Source of the DNA: Methanotrichaceae archaeon
Lineage (GTDB): Archaea > Halobacteriota > Methanosarcinia > Methanotrichales > Methanotrichaceae
Direction of reading: 5' to 3'
DNA length: 64,000 nucleotides
Assembly: GCA_963748825.1 (NCBI GenBank)
Contig: CAVVKN010000002.1
Span: 64,001 to 128,000, forward strand
Positions within the stretch are counted from its first letter, which is position 1. Each line of letters starts with the position of its first letter. The notes beneath the pieces are model-generated. The model ran no database searches. It was not told where the DNA came from and saw only the letters and a program-made list of their open reading frames with translations. Shown here one piece after another: positions 49,313 through 59,836 of the stretch. The position numbers were made by a program, and so were the translations under genes.

Positions 49313-50920
49313 ATGAAGATACGGATCGTCCTGAAAACCCTGGGTTTGCTCGCAGTCTTGCTCGGAATACTCATGGTTATACCCGGGCTGGTTTCGGCCA
49401 TCTACAAAGAGCCCTTGGGCGTAGTGGCATTTGGCTTCAGCTCCTTTGTCGCCATCATAACGGGCTTCATCTTGAAGCATTTTAGCGAAAATTCGACTAT
49501 GGGCCACAGAGAGGCTTTTGCTGCCGTCTCTTTAAGCTGGCTCTTGGCTGCCATGCTGGGCGCTCTACCCTACATATTCCTGGGATTGAGTCCAATGGAT
49601 GCAATCTTCGAATCCATGTCGGGATTCACAACTGCTGGCGCGACAATCCTAAGTGAATATAATTCGCAGGGCTATTGGATTTTAAACAAGGATCTTGTGC
49701 AAGGCAGTCTGGCCTATGCACTGGCTGATCGAGCCGCAAGTTATCTGCTTCATTACTCATCTTCCGACACAATCAGTCTTCACTTCGGCATAACTTTAGA
49801 TCTTAAGGATATGCTTGCCATCAAGGGAACGTATTATGGCCTTCTCTTTTGGAGGTCTTTCACACAGCTCTTGGGCGGTTTAGGGATCGTACTGCTATTC
49901 ATAGCGGTACTGCCTAATCTTGGAGTTGCAGGCAGAGAGCTCTATTCGGTGGAAGGCCTGGGACTCACCAAGGAGGCTCTTACGCCAAGGGTGAAAAACA
50001 CCGCCAAAACCTTCTGGGGCATTTACCTGGGACTGGCAGGTCTTGAAGCTTTACTTTTAGTTGCGGCAGGTTTGCCGTTCTACGACTCTCTTTGCACTGC
50101 ATTTGCCAGCATTGCTACGGGCGGTTTTTCTCCCGTTGCTTACAGCATTGCAAAATACAATAGTGTGTTAGTGGAAGCCATTGTCTGCATATTCCTCTTG
50201 CTGGGCGGCACTAATTTTATTATATACTACCAGATAATACTTAAGAAAAACTTAAAAAATCTTTTCCAAGATTCAGAGTTCAGATTCTACATCCTGATAA
50301 TGAGCATATCAGTATTGATGTTGATGCTCTGGGGCAAAATTCCTGGTGAATTCCCTACCGAGCTTCGTTCCTCCATCTTTCAGGTTATCTCTACCATGAC
50401 CACAACGGGCTTTGTAAACAATTTTGATTATGATGCATGGTCATTAGCCGCAAAGATTACATTGATACTATTGATGCTGATTGGAGGCTGCACCGGATCG
50501 ACCGGGGGCGGAATAAAAGTGGGAAGGGTGCTGATAGTCCTGAAATACACCTACAATGAGCTGATCCGAAGCCTTCACCCTAAGGCTGTGATGGTCATAA
50601 AGATGGGCGATAAGATCGTTAAAGAGAATACCGTCAAATCCGTGCTGCTATTTGTACAACTATACCTTTTGATATTCATTTGCGCAATGCTGGCCTTTGC
50701 TATTACGGAGTCTGCAAATCCTCAGTTCAACGCCTTGTCAGCCATTTCCGCTGCCGCGAGCTGCCTTGGCGTAGTCGGTCCGGGCTTTGGCATTGTGGCA
50801 CTGGACTTTACCGGTATCTCTCAGGCAGGGCGTGCTTTGGGAGTCTTCTGCATGTACATTGGGCGTCTGGAAATCCTTCCTGTGATATTGATGTTCTTGC
50901 CGGAAACCTGGAAAAAATAG
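49313..50920 (+). CDS. trkH: TrkH-family potassium uptake membrane protein
   Basis: FESMSGFTTAGAT, LLFWRS..Q.LGGLGI, ATGGFS, TTTGF, GGCTGSTGGGIK, GRLEI. Confidence 0.92.
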   Translation: MKIRIVLKTLGLLAVLLGILMVIPGLVSAIYKEPLGVVAFGFSSFVAIITGFILKHFSENSTMGHREAFAAVSLSWLLAAMLGALPYIFLGLSPMDAIFESMSGFTTAGATILSEYNSQGYWILNKDLVQGSLAYALADRAASYLLHYSSSDTISLHFGITLDLKDMLAIKGTYYGLLFWRSFTQLLGGLGIVLLFIAVLPNLGVAGRELYSVEGLGLTKEALTPRVKNTAKTFWGIYLGLAGLEALLLVAAGLPFYDSLCTAFASIATGGFSPVAYSIAKYNSVLVEAIVCIFLLLGGTNFIIYYQIILKKNLKNLFQDSEFRFYILIMSISVLMLMLWGKIPGEFPTELRSSIFQVISTMTTTGFVNNFDYDAWSLAAKITLILLMLIGGCTGSTGGGIKVGRVLIVLKYTYNELIRSLHPKAVMVIKMGDKIVKENTVKSVLLFVQLYLLIFICAMLAFAITESANPQFNALSAISAAASCLGVVGPGFGIVALDFTGISQAGRALGVFCMYIGRLEILPVILMFLPETWKK

Positions 50921-51094
50921 GTTTTCAAGACAGATGAATTACAAAAAATTGCATGTTGCCTGTATGGTGATACTGCGAGAAAATATTAGATTAGCAATAA
51001 AGTTAATAAAGCAAAGAGTAATATTCCCTCTAATTCCAAAAGCATGCGAATTAGCTTGTACGGTTATTCTCCCAAAACAAAGCAGAATGAGGGA

Positions 51095-52051
51095 ATGCAT
51101 ATGGCTCGAAGTTGGATAGTCCCCGTATCGCTGGCTCTTTTTGCATTAGCATTATGGCTTGTTACTTTTTTATATGAAAGTATTCATCTCACACGTACAA
51201 TTATCACTTTAATTGTAGTATTAATAATATATATTGTTTTTAAAATGATCGTTGACGATAGATTCATCAGCAGAGTCTCGTCTTCTGAGAGGAGATACTA
51301 TCTTTCTAAGTCATTGTATTTTATTTATCTAGTAATTAATTTTATCGCTTTATGGATTATCTGGGTGGAAGACCTGCAGACTTTGTTGCTGGGCTTCGGC
51401 CTGGTAGCCGCCGCTTTTACGATCTCGCTGCAGGACGTTGCAAAGAACTTTGTTGGTGGGCTTACCATTTTTTTCAATGGTATCTATCGCGTTGGAGACC
51501 GTATAGAGGTCGGTGCAAAAAAAGGCGATGTGATAGATATAGATCTACTTTATACTACAATTATGGAAATGAGCGAATGGGTCTCTGCTGATCAGCATAC
51601 AGGCAGGATCTCTTCTTTGCCCAACGCCCTGGTTTTATCCAATGCGGTAAATAACTACACCAAAGATTTCCATTTTCTGTGGGATGAGATAACAGTCCCC
51701 ATAAGCTATGGCAGCGATTGGAGGGCAGCCCAATCTTTGATCATGGATGTCGTTGCACAAGAAACCCACATGGTGAAAGATATTGCCGAAGAAGAAATAT
51801 CTCATATGGAACGAAAATACTATCTCTCAAAGGGTTCGACAGACCCGGAGATCTTTCTTAAACTTACTGACAATTGGATCGAGCTGACAGCCCGATATGT
51901 GACTCCCGTGAGACAGAGAAGGATGATACGAAACAAAGTGAGCCACAGGATTCTGGAAGAAATCGAGAAATCTGAAGGAATAAAGGTAGCTTCCCAGACC
52001 ATAGATATCGTTGGTTTTCCTGAAATCAGTTTGAAAAAGGATGATATTTAA
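51095..52051 (+). CDS. mscS: Small-conductance mechanosensitive channel
   Basis: SLQD..KNFVGG, YRVGDRIEV...GDVIDI, PN..V....VNNYT, EITVPISY.SD. Confidence 0.9.
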   Translation: MHMARSWIVPVSLALFALALWLVTFLYESIHLTRTIITLIVVLIIYIVFKMIVDDRFISRVSSSERRYYLSKSLYFIYLVINFIALWIIWVEDLQTLLLGFGLVAAAFTISLQDVAKNFVGGLTIFFNGIYRVGDRIEVGAKKGDVIDIDLLYTTIMEMSEWVSADQHTGRISSLPNALVLSNAVNNYTKDFHFLWDEITVPISYGSDWRAAQSLIMDVVAQETHMVKDIAEEEISHMERKYYLSKGSTDPEIFLKLTDNWIELTARYVTPVRQRRMIRNKVSHRILEEIEKSEGIKVASQTIDIVGFPEISLKKDDI

Positions 52052-52174
52052 CGTCATTTACACCCGTATGTGGTTGTAATTTTTTTTTGCTAATCGATTC
52101 TCATAATGCATATCATCTGCCATGTATGAACATTTCCCAATGGGTGTTTTTTTGGGGGGAAAAATAGAAGTAAA

Positions 52175-53995
52175 ATGTCCGTCAAAGACAATCATGATAT
52201 GACAACGAGATGGGAAGATTGCTGGGAGGCAGCACCCGAACTACATATGCTGCTCAAGGAGAGCAAGACTCTAGAGAGTGCCCGCAATAAGGTGGCACGC
52301 TACATAGAAGCCAGAGAATGGACTTATTCCTGTGATGTGGGTGAGATTGAAAGCTGGGACTATGTTCTCTTTAAAGAAGTCATACGCACATTTAAAAATA
52401 TCATCTCTCCAAGAAATGAGCGAATTGCCGGCACTTCAGCCCTGGAGAATCTGTGGAGCGCTGCAGTGAACGGCGATGCAGATGTCAGTGACGACTTTAT
52501 TGCTGAGTTTGTCCATTTCTTTAAGGCCCTAAAATTGAAGGCAGACGTCTATCCTTCTCGATTAATGGAAGGAATAGATAACCCAAAATTCGATGAATAT
52601 GAGGGGAGAGTTGCCGGCCAGATGCGCTCGGACTATCTGGATCTGATGGGAAAGCGCATGGATGGATACTTGACAAGATATCAGTCAGGCCTTGATCCTC
52701 AGATAGTTGCCAAACGAAATGAGAATAGAAAAAGAATCTTAGAAACGCTGGATTCCACGGAGGATGATTGGAAGGATTGGCACTGGCAATTCCGGCATGT
52801 ATTCAAAGATATTCAGGGCCTGGATACAATTAAAAAAATAATAAAAATAGAGCCGCACCATGAAGAATCCATAAGGCTGGCCCTGGAAAACCATGTGCCA
52901 TTTGGAGTAACCCCATATTATCTGCATCTTATGGACCAGGAGCCCTGCGATCAGGACTATGCCGTTCGCAGACAGGTCTTCCCTCCGCTAGGCTATGTGC
53001 AGAATATGATCACCCACCGGAAGGACAAGAAGTGGGCTTTCGATTTCATGAAGGAAGGGGACACATCGCCAATAGACCTGGTCACTCGCCGCTATCCCAG
53101 GGTGGCGATAATTAAGCCTTATGAATCATGCCCACAGATCTGCGTCTATTGCCAGCGCAATTGGGAGATATCCTCGCCCCTCATGGCCTCGGCTTTGGCA
53201 CCCCTGGAGAAGATCGAGGCCGCCTTGCAGTGGTTCTCAGAACATGAAGAGATGATGGACGTTCTGCTCACAGGTGGCGACCCGCTGGTGATGGATGACT
53301 CTCTGATTGACAGGATCTTGGGCAAGCTCTCAGAGATGCCCCATCTTAGAAGCATCCGGGTAGCTACCAGAACCCCAGCAACTGTGCCCCAAAGGATAAC
53401 CAGTGAGCTTTGTGAGATACTGGCCCAATACCATGAGTTTGGAAAGAGAAACCTTTGCATGGTGACGCACTTCATGCATCCCTATGAGGTGACGCCGGAA
53501 ACAGTAGATGCCATAAAGAAGGTGAAGATGACCGGCATTGAGGTCTACAACCAGCAGGTCTTCACCTTTGCCAACAGCCGTAAGTTCGAGACATCAGCCC
53601 TTAGAATCGTCCTCAAGCAGATTGGTGTTGACCCGTACTATACGTTCAATATGAAGGGCAAGACTGAGATGGAGGACTATGCTGTGCCCATATCTCGCAT
53701 CTTGCAGGAGCGAAAGGAAGAGGCACGGCTGCTTCCGGGAATATTTCGCACCGACGAGCCGGTCTTCAATGTTCCCGGCCTTGGCAAGGACCATCTACGA
53801 GCCTGGCAAAATCACGAGCTAATCGCCATTACTCCAGAGGGCCGAAGGATGTATTCCTTCCTCCCTTGGGAAAAGAACATTGCTCAGGTAAAGCCCTACC
53901 TCTACACGGACGTTTCCATCCAGAGGTATCTGCAAAGGCTAAAAAATAGAGGCGAGGATCCGGAGGACTATAGAAGCATATGGTACTACTATTAG
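52175..53995 (+). CDS. KamA-family radical SAM 2,3-aminomutase, long form
   Basis: TPYYL, TRRYP, CPQICVYCQR, LLTGGDPL, TRTP..VPQRIT, PYYTF, PGLGK. Confidence 0.88.
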   Translation: MSVKDNHDMTTRWEDCWEAAPELHMLLKESKTLESARNKVARYIEAREWTYSCDVGEIESWDYVLFKEVIRTFKNIISPRNERIAGTSALENLWSAAVNGDADVSDDFIAEFVHFFKALKLKADVYPSRLMEGIDNPKFDEYEGRVAGQMRSDYLDLMGKRMDGYLTRYQSGLDPQIVAKRNENRKRILETLDSTEDDWKDWHWQFRHVFKDIQGLDTIKKIIKIEPHHEESIRLALENHVPFGVTPYYLHLMDQEPCDQDYAVRRQVFPPLGYVQNMITHRKDKKWAFDFMKEGDTSPIDLVTRRYPRVAIIKPYESCPQICVYCQRNWEISSPLMASALAPLEKIEAALQWFSEHEEMMDVLLTGGDPLVMDDSLIDRILGKLSEMPHLRSIRVATRTPATVPQRITSELCEILAQYHEFGKRNLCMVTHFMHPYEVTPETVDAIKKVKMTGIEVYNQQVFTFANSRKFETSALRIVLKQIGVDPYYTFNMKGKTEMEDYAVPISRILQERKEEARLLPGIFRTDEPVFNVPGLGKDHLRAWQNHELIAITPEGRRMYSFLPWEKNIAQVKPYLYTDVSIQRYLQRLKNRGEDPEDYRSIWYYY

Positions 53996-54130
53996 CGTTA
54001 CTGATTAGCGCTGCAAATTTTCATTTAGGTGCCAATATTTTGGGCAGAATTAAGTCGCCCAAAACCTCCGGCACCATTTTCCTATCGAGCCGCAATTGAT
54101 CGACGCGGGATTGTCAAGGCCCATGCCCAT

Positions 54131-55423
54131 CTAACCCGTCAGCCAGTCGGCAAGCGCTTGCGTGGCCTCTAGGGTCTCCCCGCAGTAAGCTTGGATAAAC
54201 TCCTTGGGCAGCTCATTATGCATGGCAATCGTCTCGCTCGCTGCCAGTGACCTTGCTCCTGCAAAATTTATGTACGATATCCTGGCAGTAAGCTCTTCGC
54301 AGGGCCTCTCGAATACCCTTCCTGGAAGCATGGCAACCCCCGTTTCCTGTAGCAGGCGTTCGCAGAGCGTCGCGCTATTTCTTATATTCTTCTTGGCCAG
54401 TTTCTCGGCAAAGGGTGAAAAATCGGGAAACATGTAAAAAGCGCCCTCCGGTGGATGTATCCGCACGCCTGCATCTGCTAGTATCTGGTAGCACTTCTGT
54501 CCTAAAGTTGACAGGATGCGTCGGGCATGCCAGAGGTAGCGCTCGATGGCCATCGATCCCCTGAAGGCTTCCACCGCAGCATACTGAATGGGCGCGCTTA
54601 CTGATGTGTATGTCTCACTGGCAACTGCAGCCATGGCCCCCATCAGCCAGTCCAGGCTCCGGGGGAAGGTGAATGTCCCAAGTCTCCAGCCACCAGCCCC
54701 GCACCACTTGGAAAGACCGGAGCTAATTATGGTCCCTTCCGGGTAGAAGCGGGCCACAGAAACATGGCCGCCTCTGTGATGGAGCTGGCCGTAAATCTCA
54801 TCCGATAGGAGGATGATCTCATATTCCCGGGCGACCTTTGCAATCTCCTTGAGTTCATTTGCCGTGTAAGTGAGGCCGTCGGGGTTTCCAGGATAATTAA
54901 GAACCAGCAAGCGCGGACGGTACAGATCCTGCTCGACCTCTAAAAGTTCAGAGAGGCGATCGGCGCTGATATGCCATTTATCTTCGAAGGAGGTGTGAAG
55001 CAGGCTCACCCTTTTTCCCAGGATCTGAGCCTGAGGTACATAGGAGACCCAGCAGGGCGTGGGTACAATGATCTCTCCGTAAAAGACCAGTTGCAGCAGG
55101 AACATAAGTTCTTTTGAGCCAGGACCTACAAGAACGCAATCGGCATTCGCTTCCACCAGGTCTTTTTGCCGGTGAAATCCAGCCACCGCCTCCTTAAGGG
55201 CCAGAAGGCCTTTGACAGGGAGGTAATCCTTCTCATGAGCATGCAGCCGCAAAGCTTCCACAACCGGAGCCGGCACGGGGAAAGGAGATTGGCCCAATCC
55301 GAAGTTGTAAATCTTTTTTCCCTGGCTTTGCAATAGCTTTACCCTCTCGTTGATAGCCAGGGTGGGTGATTCGCCTAAGCCGCGAACATTAATATTCAAG
55401 CTGACATGCTTTTGAAGGGTCAT
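54131..55423 (-). CDS. PLP-dependent aminotransferase class I/II
   Basis: NYPGNPDG, SDEIY, SGLSKWCGAGGWRLG, PEGAFY. Confidence 0.92.
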   Translation of the reverse strand: MTLQKHVSLNINVRGLGESPTLAINERVKLLQSQGKKIYNFGLGQSPFPVPAPVVEALRLHAHEKDYLPVKGLLALKEAVAGFHRQKDLVEANADCVLVGPGSKELMFLLQLVFYGEIIVPTPCWVSYVPQAQILGKRVSLLHTSFEDKWHISADRLSELLEVEQDLYRPRLLVLNYPGNPDGLTYTANELKEIAKVAREYEIILLSDEIYGQLHHRGGHVSVARFYPEGTIISSGLSKWCGAGGWRLGTFTFPRSLDWLMGAMAAVASETYTSVSAPIQYAAVEAFRGSMAIERYLWHARRILSTLGQKCYQILADAGVRIHPPEGAFYMFPDFSPFAEKLAKKNIRNSATLCERLLQETGVAMLPGRVFERPCEELTARISYINFAGARSLAASETIAMHNELPKEFIQAYCGETLEATQALADWLTG

Positions 55424-55469
55424 CTAAAGAGCTCCTCGGCTTTTATATTCCGAATTTGCAGGCCATTAT

Positions 55470-57290
55470 TTATAAAGATGGGCTCTTGTTTGGATAATGC
55501 ATGCTGACCAACTTTTGCCCGGCGCAGGGAATCGGCGTAGAATCTTCTGTAAAAAATTGCACCGATCCATCGCTGCTTATCAGCATCATAGGGATGGTAT
55601 TTGCATCATGAAATGGCGCTGTTGGATCATACTTGAAATTTTCTGTAAATTCGTTTATCACCAGAGACCCTCCTGATTTGAGCCTTTCATCCAGGTAGGA
55701 GTATGTTAGCTGGGAGGAAAAAAGAAAGCGTCCGCGCAAATGCGTCGGAGCAATTGCCTTTTTCCCCCTGAAACCTGTGATCTCTGAGCGAATTTGATAG
55801 ACCTCTTTTCTTCCAAATACATCCCTGAATCTTATGGCTGAAAGGGAATTGACCATATCGTCGGAAGTAAGGGCCATGAAGTGTCCTAGATCAGAAATAT
55901 CTATTTCATCCAATATCGATTCGGAAATTATGCTGCCATGGTATGTAGGTAGCCCCTCCTCGTACGCTCTGGCAATTTCTGTGCAATTTGTATCGACCAA
56001 AAGAACGGGAAGACCCTGATCGCTAATAATTGATGCGATCTTTCTCGCCCAGGGATGGGCCCCCGCAATTAAAAATCCCGTTTGGTTTCTGGAGGCGAGA
56101 TGCAAATACCTGGCAAGCGGTCCTGCAGTTAGACTGTAAATTGCGACCGTTCCAGCAACTACGAAAAAAGTAATGGGTGCCAGCATTTCCGCTTGGGGCA
56201 GGCCCTGCTCGGATAGGAAAAGGCCGAAAATGGAGGCTACTGCAGCTGCGACTATTCCCCGAGGAGCCATCCAGGCGATGAAGACCTTCTCTTGCCAGCT
56301 CAGGCCCGACCGATGCGTTGAAAGGATAACCGCGGCTGGGCGCGCTATGAATAACAGACATCCAAGGTATAATACCGAATTTAGATTAATGTAATCAAAA
56401 TAGTCCAAAGGCAGCTTTGCAACCAGGATAATAAATAAAAGCGAAATTAGGAGCGTCCTCAGATCTTCTTTGAACTTGATTATGGGCGTGATATTGACCA
56501 TGTTCTGATTGGCCAGTACTACGCCCATCAGAGTAGCTGCTAAAAGCCCGGATTCTTCTTGAATGAGTTCCGACGCGGTGAAGACCAATACTACGAGCAT
56601 GAGCGATATGACTTCCAGCAATCTATCTGGGGCCCAATAATTTTTCATTACTTTTATTATTATGAGGGCCCCGAGAAATCCTAAGGAGCATCCTGCTACT
56701 ATCGTCATCATGACTCCCAGTGCCGCTGTTAGAGCCGCTTCATGCGGACCGGATGCGAGGATGCCTTCTAAGACGATTATGGCTAGAATCGCCCCAATCG
56801 GATCGTTCATTATTCCCTCCCATTTGACGATGGGACCAACCCTTCCTGAGGGGCGTACGTACAGAAGTAGAGGTGTTATAACCGTAGGGCCTGTCACAAC
56901 TAGAATCGACCCAAGAAGCACTGATAAAAGCGGATTTAGCCCTAAAATAATATATGCAGAGCTTGAGGCTATAAACCACGTTGTGAGTACTCCTACTGTA
57001 AGGAGGTTTCGTACCACAATTCTTGTTCCGATCAGGTCTGTGATCTTCAAGCCCATTCCGCCCTCAAAGAGAATCAACGCCAGAGAGATGCTTATGAAAG
57101 GCGAAAGGAGCTTTCCCAATAACTGATCGGGATGCAGAAAGCCGGTTACTGGGCCTGCCGCAAATCCAAAGACCAGTAGCAAAAGGATAGAAGGGAGCTT
57201 TGCACGCCAGGCAAGCCATTGGGCAGATATCCCTATGATAATAATACCTGCCAGCTCCATTAAGGGGATTTGATCCATGGACAACCTCAC
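55470..57290 (-). CDS. CPA1 (NhaP-type) Na+/H+ antiporter with C-terminal RCK-like domain
   Basis: ILFEGG, VTGPTVI.PLL, WEGI.NDPIG, ESGLLA, APRGIVAAA. Confidence 0.9.
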   Translation of the reverse strand: MRLSMDQIPLMELAGIIIIGISAQWLAWRAKLPSILLLLVFGFAAGPVTGFLHPDQLLGKLLSPFISISLALILFEGGMGLKITDLIGTRIVVRNLLTVGVLTTWFIASSSAYIILGLNPLLSVLLGSILVVTGPTVITPLLLYVRPSGRVGPIVKWEGIMNDPIGAILAIIVLEGILASGPHEAALTAALGVMMTIVAGCSLGFLGALIIIKVMKNYWAPDRLLEVISLMLVVLVFTASELIQEESGLLAATLMGVVLANQNMVNITPIIKFKEDLRTLLISLLFIILVAKLPLDYFDYINLNSVLYLGCLLFIARPAAVILSTHRSGLSWQEKVFIAWMAPRGIVAAAVASIFGLFLSEQGLPQAEMLAPITFFVVAGTVAIYSLTAGPLARYLHLASRNQTGFLIAGAHPWARKIASIISDQGLPVLLVDTNCTEIARAYEEGLPTYHGSIISESILDEIDISDLGHFMALTSDDMVNSLSAIRFRDVFGRKEVYQIRSEITGFRGKKAIAPTHLRGRFLFSSQLTYSYLDERLKSGGSLVINEFTENFKYDPTAPFHDANTIPMMLISSDGSVQFFTEDSTPIPCAGQKLVSMHYPNKSPSL

Positions 57291-57758
57291 ATTCTAGTAA
57301 TGCTGTCTAGATAAGCCTTTTCGGATCGCACCGGAATGTATGATCCCGGTCGATTTTTCTTTCGGAGAAACGAGAAAAAACGGGAGAATGCCTGCCACAT
57401 ATATTGGCCACGATTTTTTACTATTATAAAATTCGTAATGATTATAAAATTACGGTTGATTGGTTGAATATCCAAATTTTTGTGGCAATTGTTTTCATAT
57501 TATTTGATTAATCCTGGACAATGCTTGGTATTTTAGGCAAAAAAGGTAAATACGATAAAGGTATAGGACTATTTGGCCACAGTTGGAAAGGTCTATTGTG
57601 ATTTTGGCGGCGAATAGATCTAATTTGGTCATTATGATTTGGTCAGGTTCTTACAAACTCCATTTGCAGAATTGGGCCCAATTATGAAACTGTGGTCTCC
57701 CCCCTCTCATTATCAAAGAAAAAAATAAGGACTGGGTCCTATCCATTTTAGTTTCAAT

Positions 57759-59216
57759 TCAATACTGTCTGGCCATGTAGGTCCTACCTGCGCTCTTCTT
57801 GCCGCAGACAGCACAGGCAGCCTCGGGGAAGCTTTGATACTGCGGCTCACCCAGCATGTTCGCTTCTACTTGATTCTCCAGTTGGTGGCCGCAGTCCACC
57901 TCGCCGCACCAGGGCACCAGGGCCACGCCCACCTGTGTCTGTGTTTTGGCCTCCTCGATGTCTGCGACCTCTTTTACCTTGGCATCATGAAGATTCGTGG
58001 CCTTCGTGTAGAGAGCTGCCTGAAGCTCTTCCGCCTCTTTATTGATGGCATCGACCAATCCCTCCATGGGCACTGCTTTCTTGGCTCCGTCGCGACGGGC
58101 TAAGGTGACGACACCCTTCTCAATATCCCTGGGCCCTACCTCCAGTCGAATGGGTACGCCCTTCATCTCCCACTTGTAGAACTTGGCTCCCGGCCGCTCA
58201 TCGCTGGTATCCAGTTGCACGCGAACGTGCGCAGCAGAAAGCTTGCGTTGCAGCTCCCGGCAAACGGCCAGCACCTTCTCCTTGTCGCCCAGAAGGATGG
58301 GCACAATTACCACCTGCGTAGGGGCTACACCCCATGGCAAAACCAGCCCCTTCTCGTCTCCATGCACGGAGATGAGGGCGGCAATGCAGCGCTCCGATAT
58401 GCCGTAGCAGGTCTGAGAGACCAGCTTCTGCTCGCCACTCTCCGCCTCGTAGGTTATCTCGTAGGTCTTGGCGAAGGTCGAGCCCAGGTGGTGCGCCGTG
58501 CCCACCTGCAGCGTCTTGCCGTCGGGCATTATCACATCTATGGCCGTGGTGTAGTCCGCGCCGGGGAACTTGTCCCAGCTGGGGCGGCGGCTTACCAGGA
58601 ATGGCAAGGCCAGGCGACGGTAGAACTCCGAGTACCTGGAAATGGCCACCTCCACCTGTTCTGCCGCCTCTTCCCAGGTAGCATGAACGGTGTGCGCTTC
58701 CTTGAAGGATGTGATCTCGCGCAGACGTATGAGCGGCCGGGTGTGCTTGGTCTCATAGCGGAAGGTGTTGACGATCTGGTAAATTCGTAGCGGCAGATCG
58801 GCATGCGACCTGATCCAGAGCTTGAACATGGGATAGATGGCCGTCTCGCTCGTAGGCCGCAAGGCGAGCTTGACCTCCAGTGGCGATGTCCCGCCATGGG
58901 TCACCCAGTAGACCTCCTCCTCGAAGCCCTTGATATGCTGCGCCTCCTTCATGAACTCGTTTTCCGGTATCATGAGAGGAAACTGGGTTTCCTGATGATC
59001 GGGATCTAAAAGCTCCCGGATAACGGCGTAGACATTCTTTTTGATGGCAAAGCCGAAGGGAAACCAGACGCACATGCCCTTAACTGGGTAGCGGTTATCG
59101 ACGATCTCCGCCGTCATGAGCAGCTCGTGATACCACTCGCTGAAGTTGTCCTTGCCAGGAAGCTTTGCTTGCTTGTTATCCTTTGCTTTGGATTTAATTA
59201 TCTTGGAATCGGTCAT
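57759..59216 (-). CDS. proS: Prolyl-tRNA synthetase, archaeal type
   Basis: [39 protein letters not shown], terminal ARQY. Confidence 0.97.
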   Translation of the reverse strand: MTDSKIIKSKAKDNKQAKLPGKDNFSEWYHELLMTAEIVDNRYPVKGMCVWFPFGFAIKKNVYAVIRELLDPDHQETQFPLMIPENEFMKEAQHIKGFEEEVYWVTHGGTSPLEVKLALRPTSETAIYPMFKLWIRSHADLPLRIYQIVNTFRYETKHTRPLIRLREITSFKEAHTVHATWEEAAEQVEVAISRYSEFYRRLALPFLVSRRPSWDKFPGADYTTAIDVIMPDGKTLQVGTAHHLGSTFAKTYEITYEAESGEQKLVSQTCYGISERCIAALISVHGDEKGLVLPWGVAPTQVVIVPILLGDKEKVLAVCRELQRKLSAAHVRVQLDTSDERPGAKFYKWEMKGVPIRLEVGPRDIEKGVVTLARRDGAKKAVPMEGLVDAINKEAEELQAALYTKATNLHDAKVKEVADIEEAKTQTQVGVALVPWCGEVDCGHQLENQVEANMLGEPQYQSFPEAACAVCGKKSAGRTYMARQY

Positions 59217-59797
59217 GTAACCACCGATATAGCGATTGGGGTGATAAAAGTTTCAATGGCCGCGGCCAGGAAGAGCAGAGGCGTGACCCAGTGCCAGAGG
59301 AAATGAATGGCCATCCTGGTCTCGCCGGAAAGGTCGACCTTCTCTTTGGCCAGGGTCAAGGCCAGCAGATAGCCCAGCCTAAAGCCGATAGCAATGCTGA
59401 CCAGGACCACTGGCAGCTCAATGATGCCGTGGGGCAGGATACCTGCCGCCAGAAAGAGGAAGCCTGCCTTCTGCACGGCAGCGTAGCCCACTATGCCCAG
59501 CAGAAAGCCATTGCTGGTAACGACCATCAGAGGAATGAGCCCCAGGCCCAGGCCCAGCAGCATGGCCATAGCCGAAGCCAGGAGATTCTTCAGGAAGATT
59601 ATTATCATTATGAGGATAGGTGGCTGATCCAAAATCCATTTCAGCATCTCCAGCTCTTTTGTCCAGTTGGATGCCAGCTCTGGATCGATCGCGGCGGCAT
59701 AATAACCCATCACAGTCGTAAGCCCGAAGATGAAGACGGACAGGCCAATGAATACGCCAATCGACTTCAGATAGGCCAGATCATCCTTTATTGACAC
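59213..59797 (-). CDS. SpoIIM/DUF95-family membrane protein
   Basis: [31 protein letters not shown]. Confidence 0.88.
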   Translation of the reverse strand: MSIKDDLAYLKSIGVFIGLSVFIFGLTTVMGYYAAAIDPELASNWTKELEMLKWILDQPPILIMIIIFLKNLLASAMAMLLGLGLGLIPLMVVTSNGFLLGIVGYAAVQKAGFLFLAAGILPHGIIELPVVLVSIAIGFRLGYLLALTLAKEKVDLSGETRMAIHFLWHWVTPLLFLAAAIETFITPIAISVVT

Positions 59798-59836
59798 AAT
59801 ATCTCCCCTTCAACCTCGCCCGGCCTTTATTTAAGG

